This document shows positions 1 through 13,739 of a stretch of 64,000 nt of DNA, one piece after another (positions within the stretch are counted from its first letter, which is position 1; every line of letters starts with the position of its first letter). This DNA comes from Lama glama (taxonomy: Eukaryota), in the NCBI GenBank assembly GCA_028534125.1, contig CM052818.1:29266001-29330000 (forward strand), read 5' to 3'. Under the pieces are notes generated by a model, which worked only from the letters and a program-made list of their open reading frames with translations, was not told the DNA's origin and searched no databases. The position numbers and the translations under genes are program-made.

Positions 1-1759
1 CTGAGGGGAGACCAGCAGTCTAAGGACGCTTAGGTTTAATCTCAAAGACCATGGCTGCTATGCCCAGTGATGCTGAGGGGTAGATGTGTGAGGGGTTAAT
101 GAAGAATATCAAGGGCAGCTTTATCTAAGAGCTAATGGAAATGACTGTAAGATCTAACTTCCGCATAGTTATGTGTTGGATTGTGTCAACATTTAGGAGC
201 ACTGCTGGGATTATCAGCTAGGGAATGAATGGAAACAAATTATGAAATTTACAAAGCACTTAAAAAATGTGCTGCTGCCCCCTTTGGTATGCTAGGAAAT
301 GGGATCAACCTGCTGTTTCCTGTGTTGCTCATACAAGTGGCAAACCATTCTGAATACTGTGGTGAATGCATACTTTTCACCTGAGCTGATATCCCCACCC
401 CTTCCTCTTCATCCCTCTCTCCAAGGGAAGCCCTTAAATAATCTGATTTTGGATAGTATCTGACTTGGGTATCTGACTCCTTGTTATATAGTAAGGGTGA
501 CACTTCCCCAAACCAGTGCCCAAGCAGGGTAGAGTGGAGGTATGACAGAGAATCAGCCCTTTTAGCAAACTGAACATCCAAAAAAAGCTTTTAAAAGGTT
601 AAAATGTCCCAGGGGATTTCTGAACCATAATGAGCCTGTTAAACCTGTCAAATTTGATTTTTAATAAGTGAGACCTTACTCAGTAGAGGAGCCTGTGTGG
701 GCAATCTTTCATATCTGGATTTTGTCTCACAATTATTTACAGTGTTAATCAAACCAGAAGTTTCCCTCCACACAGAAGATAATGTTTTTTCCAGAATAAA
801 AGAAAAAGACTAAAAATCCTCAGTCTTACCATTCTTTCAGGGGATTAATGTGTTAGCAACATGTGAGAGCCCAGAGTACAAATGAAAACATTTTTGCAAG
901 CTTCAAAACATATCCCTTTCTAAGGGTTCAAAGTTAGTAATAGAAATAAACTACAGATACCAATATACAATATGCTAAAATACATGTTACCTTCATAAAC
1001 ATTTTTCCTCATGTGTTGATGTGACAGTCCTTAATCAGATACAGAAAAGGAGGCCCACTGAGGATTTGAACTATTCTAATTGATTTATATTTTGTAAGTA
1101 CAGTAACCAAGTTTGGCGATCTTACGGCATCCATCACTTTATTTGCAATTGACTTGTTAATTGTGCTGATGATCTATTGCATACCACACAGTTAGCACAA
1201 GAGAGAAACTCTTCAGTGATCAATAGAGAAAACAGCCTCAGGAAAGGAAAACACAGAAATACGTTTCTCAGTCTGTCGTCAGAAAGGAAAGGACCGATCC
1301 TGAAACATACCTATGAAGGGAACTGTCAATGCAGACCAAGACCCAGCACCTTTCCAACAGGGTCCATGAATGTAATGAAAGGTTCTAAAATGACACCTTT
1401 CAGCCTCTCAAAGAAATGGGGAGATCCCACCTCCCTGTCCACACTGTCTACAGGCACCAGTCATTTCCTTCGACTCAGAAAGAGGTACTCTCTTTCAGTC
1501 AGAGGCCATCCACCCCCTGGGTTCGTGTCTCACCCTGCAACTCCCACGTTCAGGACCCTGCCGCCAACAACTGTGGTTTCTTTCCCTGTCTGCTCACCCT
1601 CCTCGTTATCTAAATATACTCATAGTTTTCTATGTCCTAAAAAGTAATCCTTTTTGATCCTTTGCTTCTTTAATTCCTGCCCTAACCCACTCATTCCCTT
1701 CAGAACCACGCTTCTGGAGAAATATTTCTTGCCTCCACCATCTTGCATTCCTTGTAAGT

Positions 1760-2410
1760 CTCAACCTGCTTCCAGTCTGGCGTCTCCCATCCACTTCACT
1801 GAAACTCCTTTCCCCAAGGCACTGAAGACCAAGGCTATTGGCTTTGCTTTGATTTTACTCGACTTCTCAGCTGCATTTGACCCAACTCACCAAATACTCC
1901 TTAAAATGTTCTTCTGTGATTTGTGTAAGATTTTGCTCTTACCTCCTTCAGCCTCCTATGTAGACTTTTAGTCTACTTGCCCCTTAAATGTGTAAATCCC
2001 CTCTTTTCTTCCTGTTCTCTAGCATCTTTCATGTCTTAATTTATTACTGAATGACTAGAGTGGTTTCTTAATTAGTTGCCTTGCCTCCAAAAGCCTGTCT
2101 CTGCCCTCAGTTTATTTTTTATACTGTTAGACTGAAAGCCTCTCAGGGGCCGTGGTGGTGTCTTCAGTACCTTTGTATTCCCAGAACCTATGACCGGCTT
2201 ACACTTCTCTTTTGTATTTTCCACTGCTGTTGCATTTCTTACTCTGCATTGTAATTAGGTCTTCATGTATCTGTGTTCCATCTAAACTTTGGCAACCTTA
2301 GAGAAAGTGTATGACTTATTCATTTTATATCTTGCAATGCGTAATACAATGCCTGGCTTGTAGGAGAGACATGGCTGAAACCATGCTAAATGAATAAACA
2401 AATGATTGAA
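1760..2410 (+). mobile_element. LINE-2 (L2) fragments: RT remnant and 3' end
   Basis: ORF 1654-1971 contains HFTET...LILLDFSAAFD..HQILL, matching the L2/CR1-clade RT motif HSTET...LLDLSAAFDTVDH. An L2-type 3' end (caatgcctggc...tgaataaacaaatga) lies near 2350-2405. Confidence 0.75.
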
Positions 2411-2599
2411 CAGGAGGATTTTCTGTCTATTCCTTTAAGAAAAGATTTTTTTTTTAAGTTTGCAAAAACTTATATCAGGCCCCCAAGACATCTTAAGCAA
2501 CTTCCCCCCAAAAGAAGTTGTTTTGGCTACATTCTATGACTGCACTGTAATAAAACTATAAAACAATTACAGAAGTGTTAAGTCAGAAAACAGCTAAGC

Positions 2600-5290
2600 T
2601 CTTGGAAAATTTTTATAACTCTTCTTTAAAAAAAATTGTTGATTGGAAAAGAAAAAAGAATTACAGAATGCTTAGAAGATTTCAATAATGAGAACACCAC
2701 ACATCTAATAGTATGTGCAAAGCCAAAAGAATTAGAGGCAAAATGACTCAAGAAGTTGAAAAACAATAGATCAATAATCATGGAAAAATGCAAAAGTTAT
2801 TGAAAAATTATTTCCAAGAAAAATTATTTCCAAATTACTTACACAATCAAGTTCTCTTGGGCTTGAAGCCACAGATAATTCCCAGGCTATATCAAATATT
2901 CAAGTGGACAAAACTAACAGAAAGCTAACATAATACCCTTGACTTGAAAACTAACAAACTGATAAAGCATACTAAAGGAAACCACAGCCTAACCTCCCAT
3001 ATAAACATAGTTTATCCTTGAGATGAAAAACTATCTCAATATTAAGGAATGCATTAGCATAATGACATAAATAAGTCAACGGAAAAAAGCCTTTGGATTA
3101 GCCTTTGGATAGGTAATCTTAATAAGTCTTTTGATAAAATTAAATATCAGGGTTTTTTTTACATTAATAAAATAGAGTTAGAATTTTTCTTAGCACAGTA
3201 AAGATTATCTATCTCAAACCAAACACAGGCATCACACTTAATGGTTATAATACTAGAGTTATTAATGTTAAAATCAGAAACAAACAAAAGGGTGCTCATT
3301 GACATGACTATCATTTAGCACACTGTTCTGGACTAGTTAAAGAAACTAAAAAAGAATTATGAGCAATTAGAAGACAAAATTATCCAACTTGTATATGATA
3401 TAATCATTTATTCAATAGAATCAACTTTTTAAAAGATTTTAAATAATTAGAAATGTCAGTGAGGTGAACAGTTAACAAAAAAATACAAAAAAATTTTTTC
3501 CATATAATAGCCAATAACTGTTAAACATAATGGGGAAAAAAACCTCATTCATAATAGTAATGACAGCAACAAAATTTATAGGAATAACAAAAAAGTAAGT
3601 AATATATTAAAAATTTATAAAACTGTGTTGAGAAATGGAAAATATTTCAATAAATGAAGAGTTATACAATTTTCCAGGACCAGAAGACTTAATATTGTAA
3701 AGATGTCAGTTCTCCCCTACTTAATTTCTAAATATAACTAATTTTTTATTAAAATCTCCCAAGTATTTTTTGAACAGCCTAAAAAAGAAATCCCAAAATT
3801 TATTTGAAAGAATGAAAAACTGACAATGGAAAAGAAATTTTTAGAAAACAACAAGAGGTATTAGGTATTAAATAGGCTAAAAAAATTTAAGAATTAAAAG
3901 TTTAATACTTGCAGATATTAATATATTATAAAATAGATAAACAATTAGTTCATACTGTATAGCACAGGGAACTATATTCAATATCTTAAAGTAACCTATG
4001 GTGAGAAAGAATATGAAGATGAATATAAGTATGTTCATGTGTGACTGAAGCATTATGCTATACACCAGAAATTGACACAACACTGTAAACTGACTATACT
4101 TCAATAAAAAATATATACACAAAAAAAGAAAGTTTGATACTGATGCCAAAAGAGGGAGGGCAATGGAACAGAACAGAAAGCCCAGAAATATAAATACAAA
4201 TACTATATTAAAATGTTTATTTGTTAAATGTGGTATTTAAACCCAGTGGGGAAAAGTTATTCAACAACTGGTTGAATAGTTAATTATTAGGAAAAATACA
4301 GATGCAGTTATTACCTCACATGAGACACAAAGTAAAGGCAGAGTGGGCTGAAGAGTAAAATGTGAAAATAAAACCACAGACAAATTTGAAAAAAAATTAT
4401 GACTTTTTTATAATCTTAAAATAATTTAATCATGATTAAATATTTTTATCATGAAAACTATTTTATGATCATAAAAGCAGACACATTAAAAAGTTTAAAT
4501 ATTTAAATGAACAAAATGTAAAATTTATGTATGCCAAAAATAACCCCACCATAACTAAAATTAAACCACAATGACAAAATGAGATAAAAAATGAAAACTG
4601 TATGGTAAAGAGTTAATAGCTTTAACATATAAATAGCATTTATAATTAACAGTCAGGCAGAGTATATTATAAATGGTTCATGAGTTCATAAGGGAAGAAA
4701 TACAAATGACCAATACACATATTAAAAAATTGTTTCCTAAAAAAGAAGACAAATTAATAATGAGGTGTCATTTATTATCCATAAACTTGACAAAGATGGA
4801 GAATTGATTCTTCCCAGCTTTGGCAGGAAGTTTGGAAAATGGTACCTTCATAGTCTTCTGGCAAAAGTATAAATTGCTACAACATTTGAAGAAGATAATT
4901 TTATAATGTGTAGCAAAAGCTTTTCAAAATATGTATACCTTATAATTCATCAGTTCCTGTTCTAGAAATATATCCCTACAAAAGAATATGGATTTTCATA
5001 CATATAAGGTGTTTCTCACAGCATTGCTTACACTAGTGAAAAATTTCAATCTACCTGCCAAAAGTAGTAGAATAAACTGTAACACATTCAGAAGATGTAG
5101 CATTATGCAATCACTATAAAATAATGTTGAAATATATTAACATGGAAAAATATTTGGCAGAGATTAAGTGAAAAACACAAGTTACAAAATAACTTATTCA
5201 GTATGATCTCATTTTTCTAAGAAAACATGTGAACATGTAAAAGTTTGAAATTGTATGTCAAATTTTTAATAGTGGTTATGTTTGCTGGTT
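2600..5290 (+). mobile_element. Old degraded L1 (L1M/L1ME-like) ORF2 and 3' UTR
   Basis: A-rich strand with recognisable L1 segments (gaagacttaatattgtaaagatgtcagttctccc; caatggaacagaacagaaagcccagaaata; aaaagtataaattgctacaac). No intact ORF. Confidence 0.8.
3910..4128 (+). mobile_element. Younger 5'-truncated L1 3' UTR fragment nested in the old L1
   Basis: actgtatagcacagggaactatattcaatatctt...ctgactatacttcaataaaaaa. TSD aaagttt(a/g)atact at 3897-3909 and 4129-4141. Confidence 0.85.
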
Positions 5291-6499
5291 GGGGTCAAGT
5301 ATAGTTTGTCCCCCTTCTTTGTTTATCAGCTTTTTTATACTGTTCCCATGGCAAATGTGTATCAGTTGTTCACTTTCAAATGAGAGGTGCTTTTAACATA
5401 GGAAAAAAGCTTCTAAACCTATAATCATACATGAGTACGTTAATCATCTATACAAAGAAGAGAAAGCCATTGACAAGAAAAGTGATCTAAAAAAAGGGAA
5501 CCAGAGCAGAAAAGCCTCACCATCCGTTAACCAAGCCAGACACTTCCTCTCAACTAAGTCTCAGTTATTCTCTAACCTGCTGGTCCTGGAGGCAGTATTT
5601 GATAGCCAGTCACTGGAAGTGGTGGAACTACCACGTTCCAAGGATGCAGGAAGAGGAGGGAAGCATGGTCTTGTTTGAGCACCTTGGATTCAGTCTCTCA
5701 GAGATGTCCTGCTGGCCTTTGTGCCTATCTGAGGCATTTTTGTAAGTAGAAATTTCCAAATGGTATCCATCCTATGCACACGTGATCAGATAGCATGAAC
5801 CTCCCCTACCAGTTGTCCTTTCCTAAACTGTCCACCCACCCATTTCTCTTGTGCCAAACTCCAAACAAGCTGCTTCAAGTTGGTGACACACCACCTGCTG
5901 GTCAACTCAAGGTACTAAGGCCACGCTTATCCCCATCCCCGCCTTCTTTCTTTTCAGGGGACCTTGTATGTAGTATTACTCTCTTATTTCTGGAATTGAG
6001 TAAATTCTGCCTGGTCATCTTTTTCTCAGACACTTTTGGGGTCCTTTTTCTCCTTCTCTTTTTTCTTCCAACATTTGTCTAAGTATCTTGGGGAATTTTC
6101 TCTCCCACCTCTTCTCCTTCCCTTTTTCTTCCCCTTGAACCATGTGTGAGCCAAAATAAGCACCTAGTCACAATCAGTTATACAGGCTGTGCTAGCTACA
6201 TGCCTGCAACAAACAGAAAGAAAGAAAAAAATGATGAAAGAATCAGAATAGAGCTTTTACTCTCTGAAGCCCCTGAACAGAGCAAATTATTGTCAATAAA
6301 TGAGAAGATACATTTATTTTTCTTGTGTTCAATGTGCATTGCATTTAGGGATTCACCGGAGTATGAAGAAAAATCTCTGCTCTCAAAACTTATGTCTCTT
6401 GGGGAAAAGTGGGACATGTAGAAAGCGCTATATAAGGAATAATGATAATTATATATCATAACAATCCATTTCTATTAATATTATAATACACTATATTAA

Positions 6500-6700
6500 T
6501 ATATTGTTAATAATACACGCTGACATTTGTGCAAAATGCTCATTTAATTCGCACAGCAAAGCTCTGAGTAGGTGCTATTATCTGCAAGTGACCTTCAGTG
6601 AGATTAACTAGCCTGCCTGCAGGTAGTAAGCAGCAGAAAAAGAGAGGCATTTGGATATGACTGTCTGTCTGACTCCAAACCCTGCACATGTACCCCACAA
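6500..6700 (-). mobile_element. MIR SINE remnant
   Basis: ctcatttaattcgcacagcaaagctctgagtaggtgctattat...tctgactccaaaccc matches the MIR core in reverse. Confidence 0.6.
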
Positions 6701-8899
6701 AATAATTTCGATAATCATAGAAGTTTTCATAGACTTGCTCATCCTTTTCTAATTAAACCTGCTTACCCTCAAGCACAACAGCCAATTGTATTGCACTTTG
6801 GAAGCTAATTATTGACATCACAGTAGTTTGCTACTGTTATCCACTGCAAATGTGTGATCTTTCAGCCAGTGATAACGGTTTAGTTGTGGGACAGCCTGGT
6901 AGACTGACTGACATTTATAACTGTTTCTGAGGATAATGCTTCTATGGATTAAACACATCGAGTTCTAAATATCTGATTATCGTTCTCCCTTTTTGTAAGA
7001 TGTCATTTACTTTTCAAAAACGCATTGCCTGTTAGTATATTTGCACTTACTTAATCTAATTCATTTAAATTTACCTTATGGTAGCATTTTCTCCTCCATC
7101 TAATCAGCTTCTTAGACTACGCTAGATTTCTAGCTGAAGCTGGATTTGGTGAAACATGGGAAGGAAAATTAAATGTTTATGGCACAAAAGATCTTACTTA
7201 GCATAATTATTTACATAACTCCCCCCTCAATAGTTTTATTTCAAAACCCTGATTTGACAGCAGTTGTCATTAATCTTTGAGGCTCTCACCCCAATAAATC
7301 ACAGACTAGTGGTAAAGTTAATCTCAATCTAAATCTTCTAAAATGCCACTGCCTTTTTCAGAATTCTTTTAGTTCTTGAAAAGAGCTGCTCAGAGTAAAA
7401 AAAAATAATAATAAAAATAAATAAAATCTGAGACTGCCTCTGCATTTTTCTAGAGTCAGTTTGTAGAAAATATAGAAGGGCAATTTACAGAGTTAAGATT
7501 TCCTTTCTAAGTTTCAACATCATTGCTATTTCAAAGCATAAAATACAAAGTTGATTCAGGGATAAATGAGGCAAGGAAAATATTTAAATTAATTTTTTTC
7601 CTCGAAATGTGTGATAGCTAAGTGCATGAGGTGGGGCACAATGTGATCTTCATGAGAATCATAGGAAAAATGCAGTCAGAAACTCCAAATAGTCTTATTC
7701 TCATATGCAAACTATAGACCCCCCACCCCCTCAGCCTCACCTCTCTCCATCCTCCTGTTGCTGTTTCACTCTTGCTGAGCACTGGCCTCCTTCTGGGTCT
7801 GCTAAGCTGTCCTGGGTTCACATCACAGCCCACTGGCCTTGGCAGAAGATGATGCTCAATATATACTTTATGAATGAGTGAATGAATGAATCAATTTTTA
7901 CACCATGGTTGTACTTATGAAAGAGCCATATTATTTTGATACCAAATCCATTTGTTCACAATTGTGTGTAGTTCTAAATAATGTCAATGTTCTACTGAAT
8001 CACTTTTGCTCTTCACTGTACCGTATTATCCAAATCCAGGTAGCTGACTACAAGTTCTGTTTTCCAGTCTTTAGTGCCAAACTACTTGCTCAAGTTTTAA
8101 TCCAAACATCACCCCCTGCAGGTTAAAAATCTGTGAGGCCTGAGCTTTTAACCTCATTTCCATATCCTTTCTTAAGGTATCACTGCCTTTATCATACACT
8201 TGGTTCAACATCCCAGTGGTTTACTTGCACTCTGTTTGCGGAAACTTTCAGGTGCATCTTGGGATTATTTATACCTTTTGTGTGCAGAAAGGCTTTGGAT
8301 AAGGTATTCCCTTTTATGACTTCCTGGAAGAACACAGAGGCAACCACAAGCCAGTTGGAACATGCAGAGGAATGAGGATCTAATATTCTTGCAGGAGGAT
8401 TTTCTTATTTGCAGATCACAGAGGGTAAACTAAGAAAGGCCTTTTAGAAGCACATAAAAAAAGTGGTGGGGAAATTTTCAGTTTTCCTTCATGTTCTAAT
8501 TAAACAGAGTGTTTGTTCTCAGGGCTCTTCTTTGTGATTGCCATTCTTGTTAGTGAAAGGCAGTAGACCTATTTATGCTGTGTAAAAGTCTCAAATTGAG
8601 AGGCAAATGCAGGGGAGGAGTCAAAGCTGAGAGGTGTGTGCTGTTTCCTTAACGTAACCATGGGAAGTGAGAAGATCAGCAGAGCTCCTTGGCTGGTGAA
8701 GATAAACACATGGTAGTGAGAAATCAGTGCAGGGGAGGATGGGCTAAAACAGCTGAAAAATAGCGACCTCCGTGGTGAGGCTTCAATAGATATTTGAATG
8801 CCTATAAATTCTTTTTAAATATATATTTTAATGGTCAGAATAACTACATTACCACATGGAAGAGTGATCTTTTTTCCTTTTATAAAATAAGAAAGGCAG

Positions 8900-9470
8900 G
8901 ACACCTGTGTTTTTTACTTTATAAGAAATTCAAATTTCAAAAGTAATAATGCTCAATGTAGCAAGTCAAACAATACAGAGATATTTAAAAAATACATTTT
9001 TATAATAAAATAAATAAAATATATTACAGATATGTATAGACCTCTCATTCTCACCAAGATAACACACACCTGTAAGAAATGTACCTCATACATATGTATA
9101 TGTGTCAGTGGGGGGGGGGTCTGTTTTTCCAGTTAAAAAAAAAAAAAACATTAATCTGTAATTTGATTTTTCCCCTTAACAATGTACCGTGGGCACATAC
9201 ATTGGCTCCAAGATCAATAATATAATTTGTTCTTTTTAATGTTTTCATATTCCTCCACAGTATAGTTATAGTTTATTCACCCTATTTCTGAACATTCAAG
9301 ATGCTCCCAGTGTTCTGCCTCTGTAAATAGTGTTGCACTAAACATTCTAGCACATGTAGCTTAGTTTCTGGTACTTTTATTTCAACAGTATAGATCTCTA
9401 AAACAGATTATTGGCACTGAAAAGGTATCCATTTTACTATGCTTTTACTATTACTACACTATTTTCCCAG
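8900..9470 (-). mobile_element. Ancient L1ME-like 3' fragment
   Basis: T-rich, with motifs such as aaatagtgttgcactaaacattct typical of a reverse L1 3' end. Heavily degraded. Confidence 0.5.
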
Positions 9471-10661
9471 AGTGAAACTAAAAGCCACATAAGGGTCATG
9501 GCCTTTAAAGCACCAATATATGTCAACTTAGAGGATCAAGATTGTAATATGAGAGCACTAAAAGTTCATTTCAGAATCATTTCAAAAAAAAAAAAAACCA
9601 GGCATATCCTAACAGGTATGTTCACTAAATCTTTTATGTTGAAGATGTTTGCTTGCTTTTCATGTAGAATAAAAATATTTCTTAAAAACCAAAGCATCTT
9701 AAGCCAAATTGACTAAAATTCCTCAAAGTAAAAGGTTGGAGTATATTTCTCCCTGGCTGATCCTTATCGGCACACACCAAAAATTCCATGGACTCTAAAG
9801 GCCATTCCTGTCATAGAATCAATTGCTGATTGATTTAAAAAATTTATGAGCAACTGAGAACTGATGTGTTAGGAAGAACAAAAATGTTCATGTTGGTCTA
9901 GAAATACTGGACTGTACTTCCAAAGCATGCAATGGTGCTAGCGTGACAAAGGGCCAGTTGCATCCTCACTTATTTCTATCTTATTTGCTGGACAGTGGCC
10001 TTAGTAACTGAAGAGCCAGGTCTTCCACATGCCATCTCGATGAGGCAGGAATGGGGCCCACAATCCAAACATAAGGATAGGAGCACCCCAGGTCTACAAC
10101 TGTATTCTTTCTGGCATGGGGTGTTTATTGCAAACCACCTCTTTTAAATTATGCATTTCACCACATTGTTTGGTTTGGGACTTTGGAGTGACAGGCTGGA
10201 CTCTATTAGTCTATAATTTGAGAGCATATATATTCTATATTACCATTAACTAATCTGGCTATACCATCCAACACACTCTAAGACAGAAGCAACTGAGCAC
10301 AGGGTTCCCTGCCTTAAAAAAAGAAAAGAAAAGTTATATTCAACATAAATTAAGGGAAAATTGTTCACATTACCTACCAAAGCATTCTTTGTTTTAGAAA
10401 GCCACTCATTGCAGGATTACAAGAAATGTGTGTACCACTGGTGCACTGAAAATGGCATTCAACCAACCAGAATTCAACTCATATTTTTCAAGAACACATT
10501 TATTAAGTAAAATAAACATGAGTCCAATTTTGGACCCAACTTACTTGCCCAGATGGTCTGTGTCCTTTCCTTCGGAACAAAAAAGTAGGCAAGCAATTCC
10601 TAGCTGCCTGTGGAGAACAGGCTATTTTACCGCCTCTCCAGGGGTGCTTAAAAGTAACCTG

Positions 10662-10671
10662 CTAAAAATAG
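10662..10671. promoter_or_regulatory. MEF2 consensus site
   Basis: CTAAAAATAG is an exact CTA(A/T)4TAG match, with a second near-match (gctattttac) at 10621. Motif only. Confidence 0.3.
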
Positions 10672-10964
10672 CCCCTCAGCTCTTACATCAGTGTCCTCAA
10701 ATGAAGGGCCAAGAGAAACTATAAATTACCTGAAATATGTCCCCTGCATTCTAATTCCATAAGAATAGTATTAGCTGAAAATCCCTAGTAATCCTCTTGA
10801 CATTTCCAACATTAATAACCTATTTCTTTATTTACCATTTCCAAACTAGTAGGAAAGGCAGTGTGGTAAGTGGTGAGAATGCTGGCATATTGGAGACCTG
10901 GGGGATCAGGATTCTCATCCCCCAATCAGCTACTCACTAGCTGAGGGAGTTATTTGTCTCTTTA

Positions 10965-11272
10965 CAGACAGTCTCTGATTTACCATGGTTCGACTTACAG
11001 TTTTTCGATTTGATGGTAGTGTGAAAGCTGTATACATTCAGTAGAAACTGTACAGAATTCTGAATTTTGCTCTTTTCCTGGGTTAGTTGTGTGTTAGGTT
11101 ATTTTGCCTGGCTGTATGCTAAAGCAGGTGTTCTGAGCACATTGAAGTTAGGCTAAGCCAAGCTACGATGTCCAGTATGTTAGGTAAGTTAAATGCATTC
11201 TCCACCTGTGATAGTCTCAGCTTACGATGAGTTTATTGAGACATGACCACACTGTAAGTAGAGGAAAACCTA
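10965..11272 (-). mobile_element. MER47-like Tigger (TcMar) DNA transposon inserted in a MIR
   Basis: TA-flanked termini cagacagtctctgatttaccatgg...ctgtaagtagaggaaaac and internal ttaggctaagccaagctacgatg. MIR halves lie at about 10850-10960 and 11275-11310. Confidence 0.75.
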
Positions 11273-11359
11273 TATGAGATTCCTCAATTGTAAAAGGGAA
11301 CTAATACTCAACTCAGATGGTGGCTCTCTGGGTTGGAAATCATGCTTTTCAGAGTTTTA

Positions 11360-12120
11360 TCCAATAAAAATGATAAATGCACAAAGATATATGTAAGACA
11401 AGTTCATTGCAACATTTGTAATAACAACAATAAAAAGGAGACAACCTAAAAATAAGAGATTAATCAAAATAATCACAATGTATTAATTCAATGCTGTATA
11501 TATCATGCAGCCATGAAAAGGGTGGATGGTAAGATGGCTTTGATGTAATAAGTGAAAAAAGCAAAAACATTATGCATAAATGACTATTGCTTTAGGCCCA
11601 AGAAAACCCCACTATGCCTTAGCCCGATTTTTATTACAATTACGTATGTTTTCAAATGCATAGAAAGTATTTGCAGTGACAAGAAGCGATAAACATGTAT
11701 CTATTCTGAAGAAAAAATCACATTGCAAGTCTTTCCTCTACTATTCATTTTGGTATTGAGTACATCCATTTATAATAAACCTGTATTGGTTTTATAATTA
11801 AAATTAAAGACAATAAAGAAAGTAATGAGAAATACTAATCAATTACGTCATGTAAAGCACTTGGCAGAATGCCTAGTGGACTTAGGTGAATGGTCATTAT
11901 CATAGTTATTTCTGTCCAGAAGCAATGGAACTCCTTAAGTAAAGCAAGTTTACATCAACCAGGCGTGTTTGTGTGTGAACTCGATTGGTTTTTTTTAATG
12001 GTTGATTACTGTCTTTACTGTCACGATACATATTATGGATATATACATATGTCAGGACATCAAATTGTGTATTTTTATTATATGTCAATTATACCTCAAC
12101 CAAATTGTTTTAAAAAAAGT
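11360..12120 (+). mobile_element. Old L1 3'-end fragments (L1ME/L1MC-like)
   Basis: gttcattgcaacatttgtaataac...acaacctaaa and tatgtcaattatacctcaa...ttttaaaaaaa. Confidence 0.6.
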
Positions 12121-13739
12121 GGAGCTAAACATTTCAACAGTAGTAATATGAAAGATGGCAGCATGAGATCAGAAAGAAAGGTTTCTAAGGTCTTTATGTT
12201 ATTCAGAAGATTTCTTTTATGTCATTCAAAAGATGTAACTATGAAGATATTTACATTAGGCTTTGCTATATCAAATATGGATTTACATTTTTAAGTATAA
12301 TTACTAAAAGAAAAGAAATAGATTACATAACTCCCAAAACATTAGAGGGGAGGAATTAAAATACAGAAAACTGGAAAAATCCAAAAGAAAGCAGGAGAGG
12401 AGAGAAACAGAATGGTAAATAGAGAATAAAAATACCCATGATCAGTGTTGATTGTGTGAATTCACGTTAAAATGGAAAGACTCTCCTTAAGTAAGAAACA
12501 AAAAGATGGATCCATTTTTAATCCATTCAGTCCCACAGGTGTAGGGTGTGTGTGTATATACACACACACACACACAGATAAAAGGCTCAGAGACTTCTCC
12601 CTAACTCAACTTCCTTAAACTGCTTCTCTGAAGCCTTGAAAATAACTGAAGGAAAGTTCTTTATACCAAAAATAACAAAGGGAACTGACTTGGTGGGGAG
12701 GAAAGAGCGTCAGGGAAGTTGAAGGGAGACAAAAAGATCTGGCAAAGGGAAATGTGCTTCCCTGCTGTAACCTCAGCAAAAAGGTAAATGAGGCTGTCTG
12801 CTATCCAGCTGGCCTGCAGCAAACAGTGCAGCCCCTCCTACCTAAAGCAAGGCCTCAGGGCAGGGTGGGGCTCGTGTCAGGGACCTGGGGCTCCTCTTCC
12901 CCAGAGGGGCTCTGAAGGTAAAGAAGAGGCCTTCCCTGCACAGTAGAGCTAGAACTCTACCGAGAAATGTGAAACTAAATTTAACCAGGCCAGACGGGAC
13001 CTTCATCCATTCTTTCATGAAATCTGTGAAACTGGATAGATCGTTCTAATCAATCTTATCTGGAAAACAGATGGAAAATTCTTCCCAGAACTTAATTCTT
13101 TAGTCTTATTCCAAAAGGAGGCCACGTGGCTCCTCTGGGCTGTGTGCGTTTGGCAGGCCTCTCCCGGCCGCTACTGATTCCACACGTGTTGGGGTTGATG
13201 TGCCGGGAATTGTGGGCGAGACACTAGGAGACTCTGAATGGTCCTGCGGTTCATTGCCTGTAAACAGCAGCTCCAGATGTTGTTCCCCGCCCAATTATCT
13301 AGGAATCTGTGATCCTGGACTCATCACTGGGATGCTAAAAAAGAAATTGCACCAGACTATGAATCAAAAGACAGGATTTCTCATATTAGCTCTGCCTTAA
13401 TCGAGTTAGGGGGTAGTGAGTGAGTCCACCGCATTCCCATTATGAATCCTCCTTAATAATCAATAAGTGGGAATGGTAGTATCTCCAGATTTTTCTGGAA
13501 AGCAAGGGAAATAGTATAGAAAAAAAGTACTTTGAAAACCCGTAATGTACTGTAGAAATGTGAAGTGTACTCATTTCTTACCCTTGTGAGACAATTTTAA
13601 GCCTTCTTAGTACCTTTGCCTGCATAACATCATCTTCTACAAAGGAGGCTGAGAATTTTAGTTGACACCTAGAGTACGGCCCACCTGATACGCCCACTCT
13701 CCTCTCGCACACCTACGACAACAATCCCATCTGCCCATC

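Noticed and set aside
1177..1647. 156-aa ORF and the neighbouring 110-aa ORF at 249-581
   Set aside because: Non-ATG starts, no recognisable homology and no convincing splice context.
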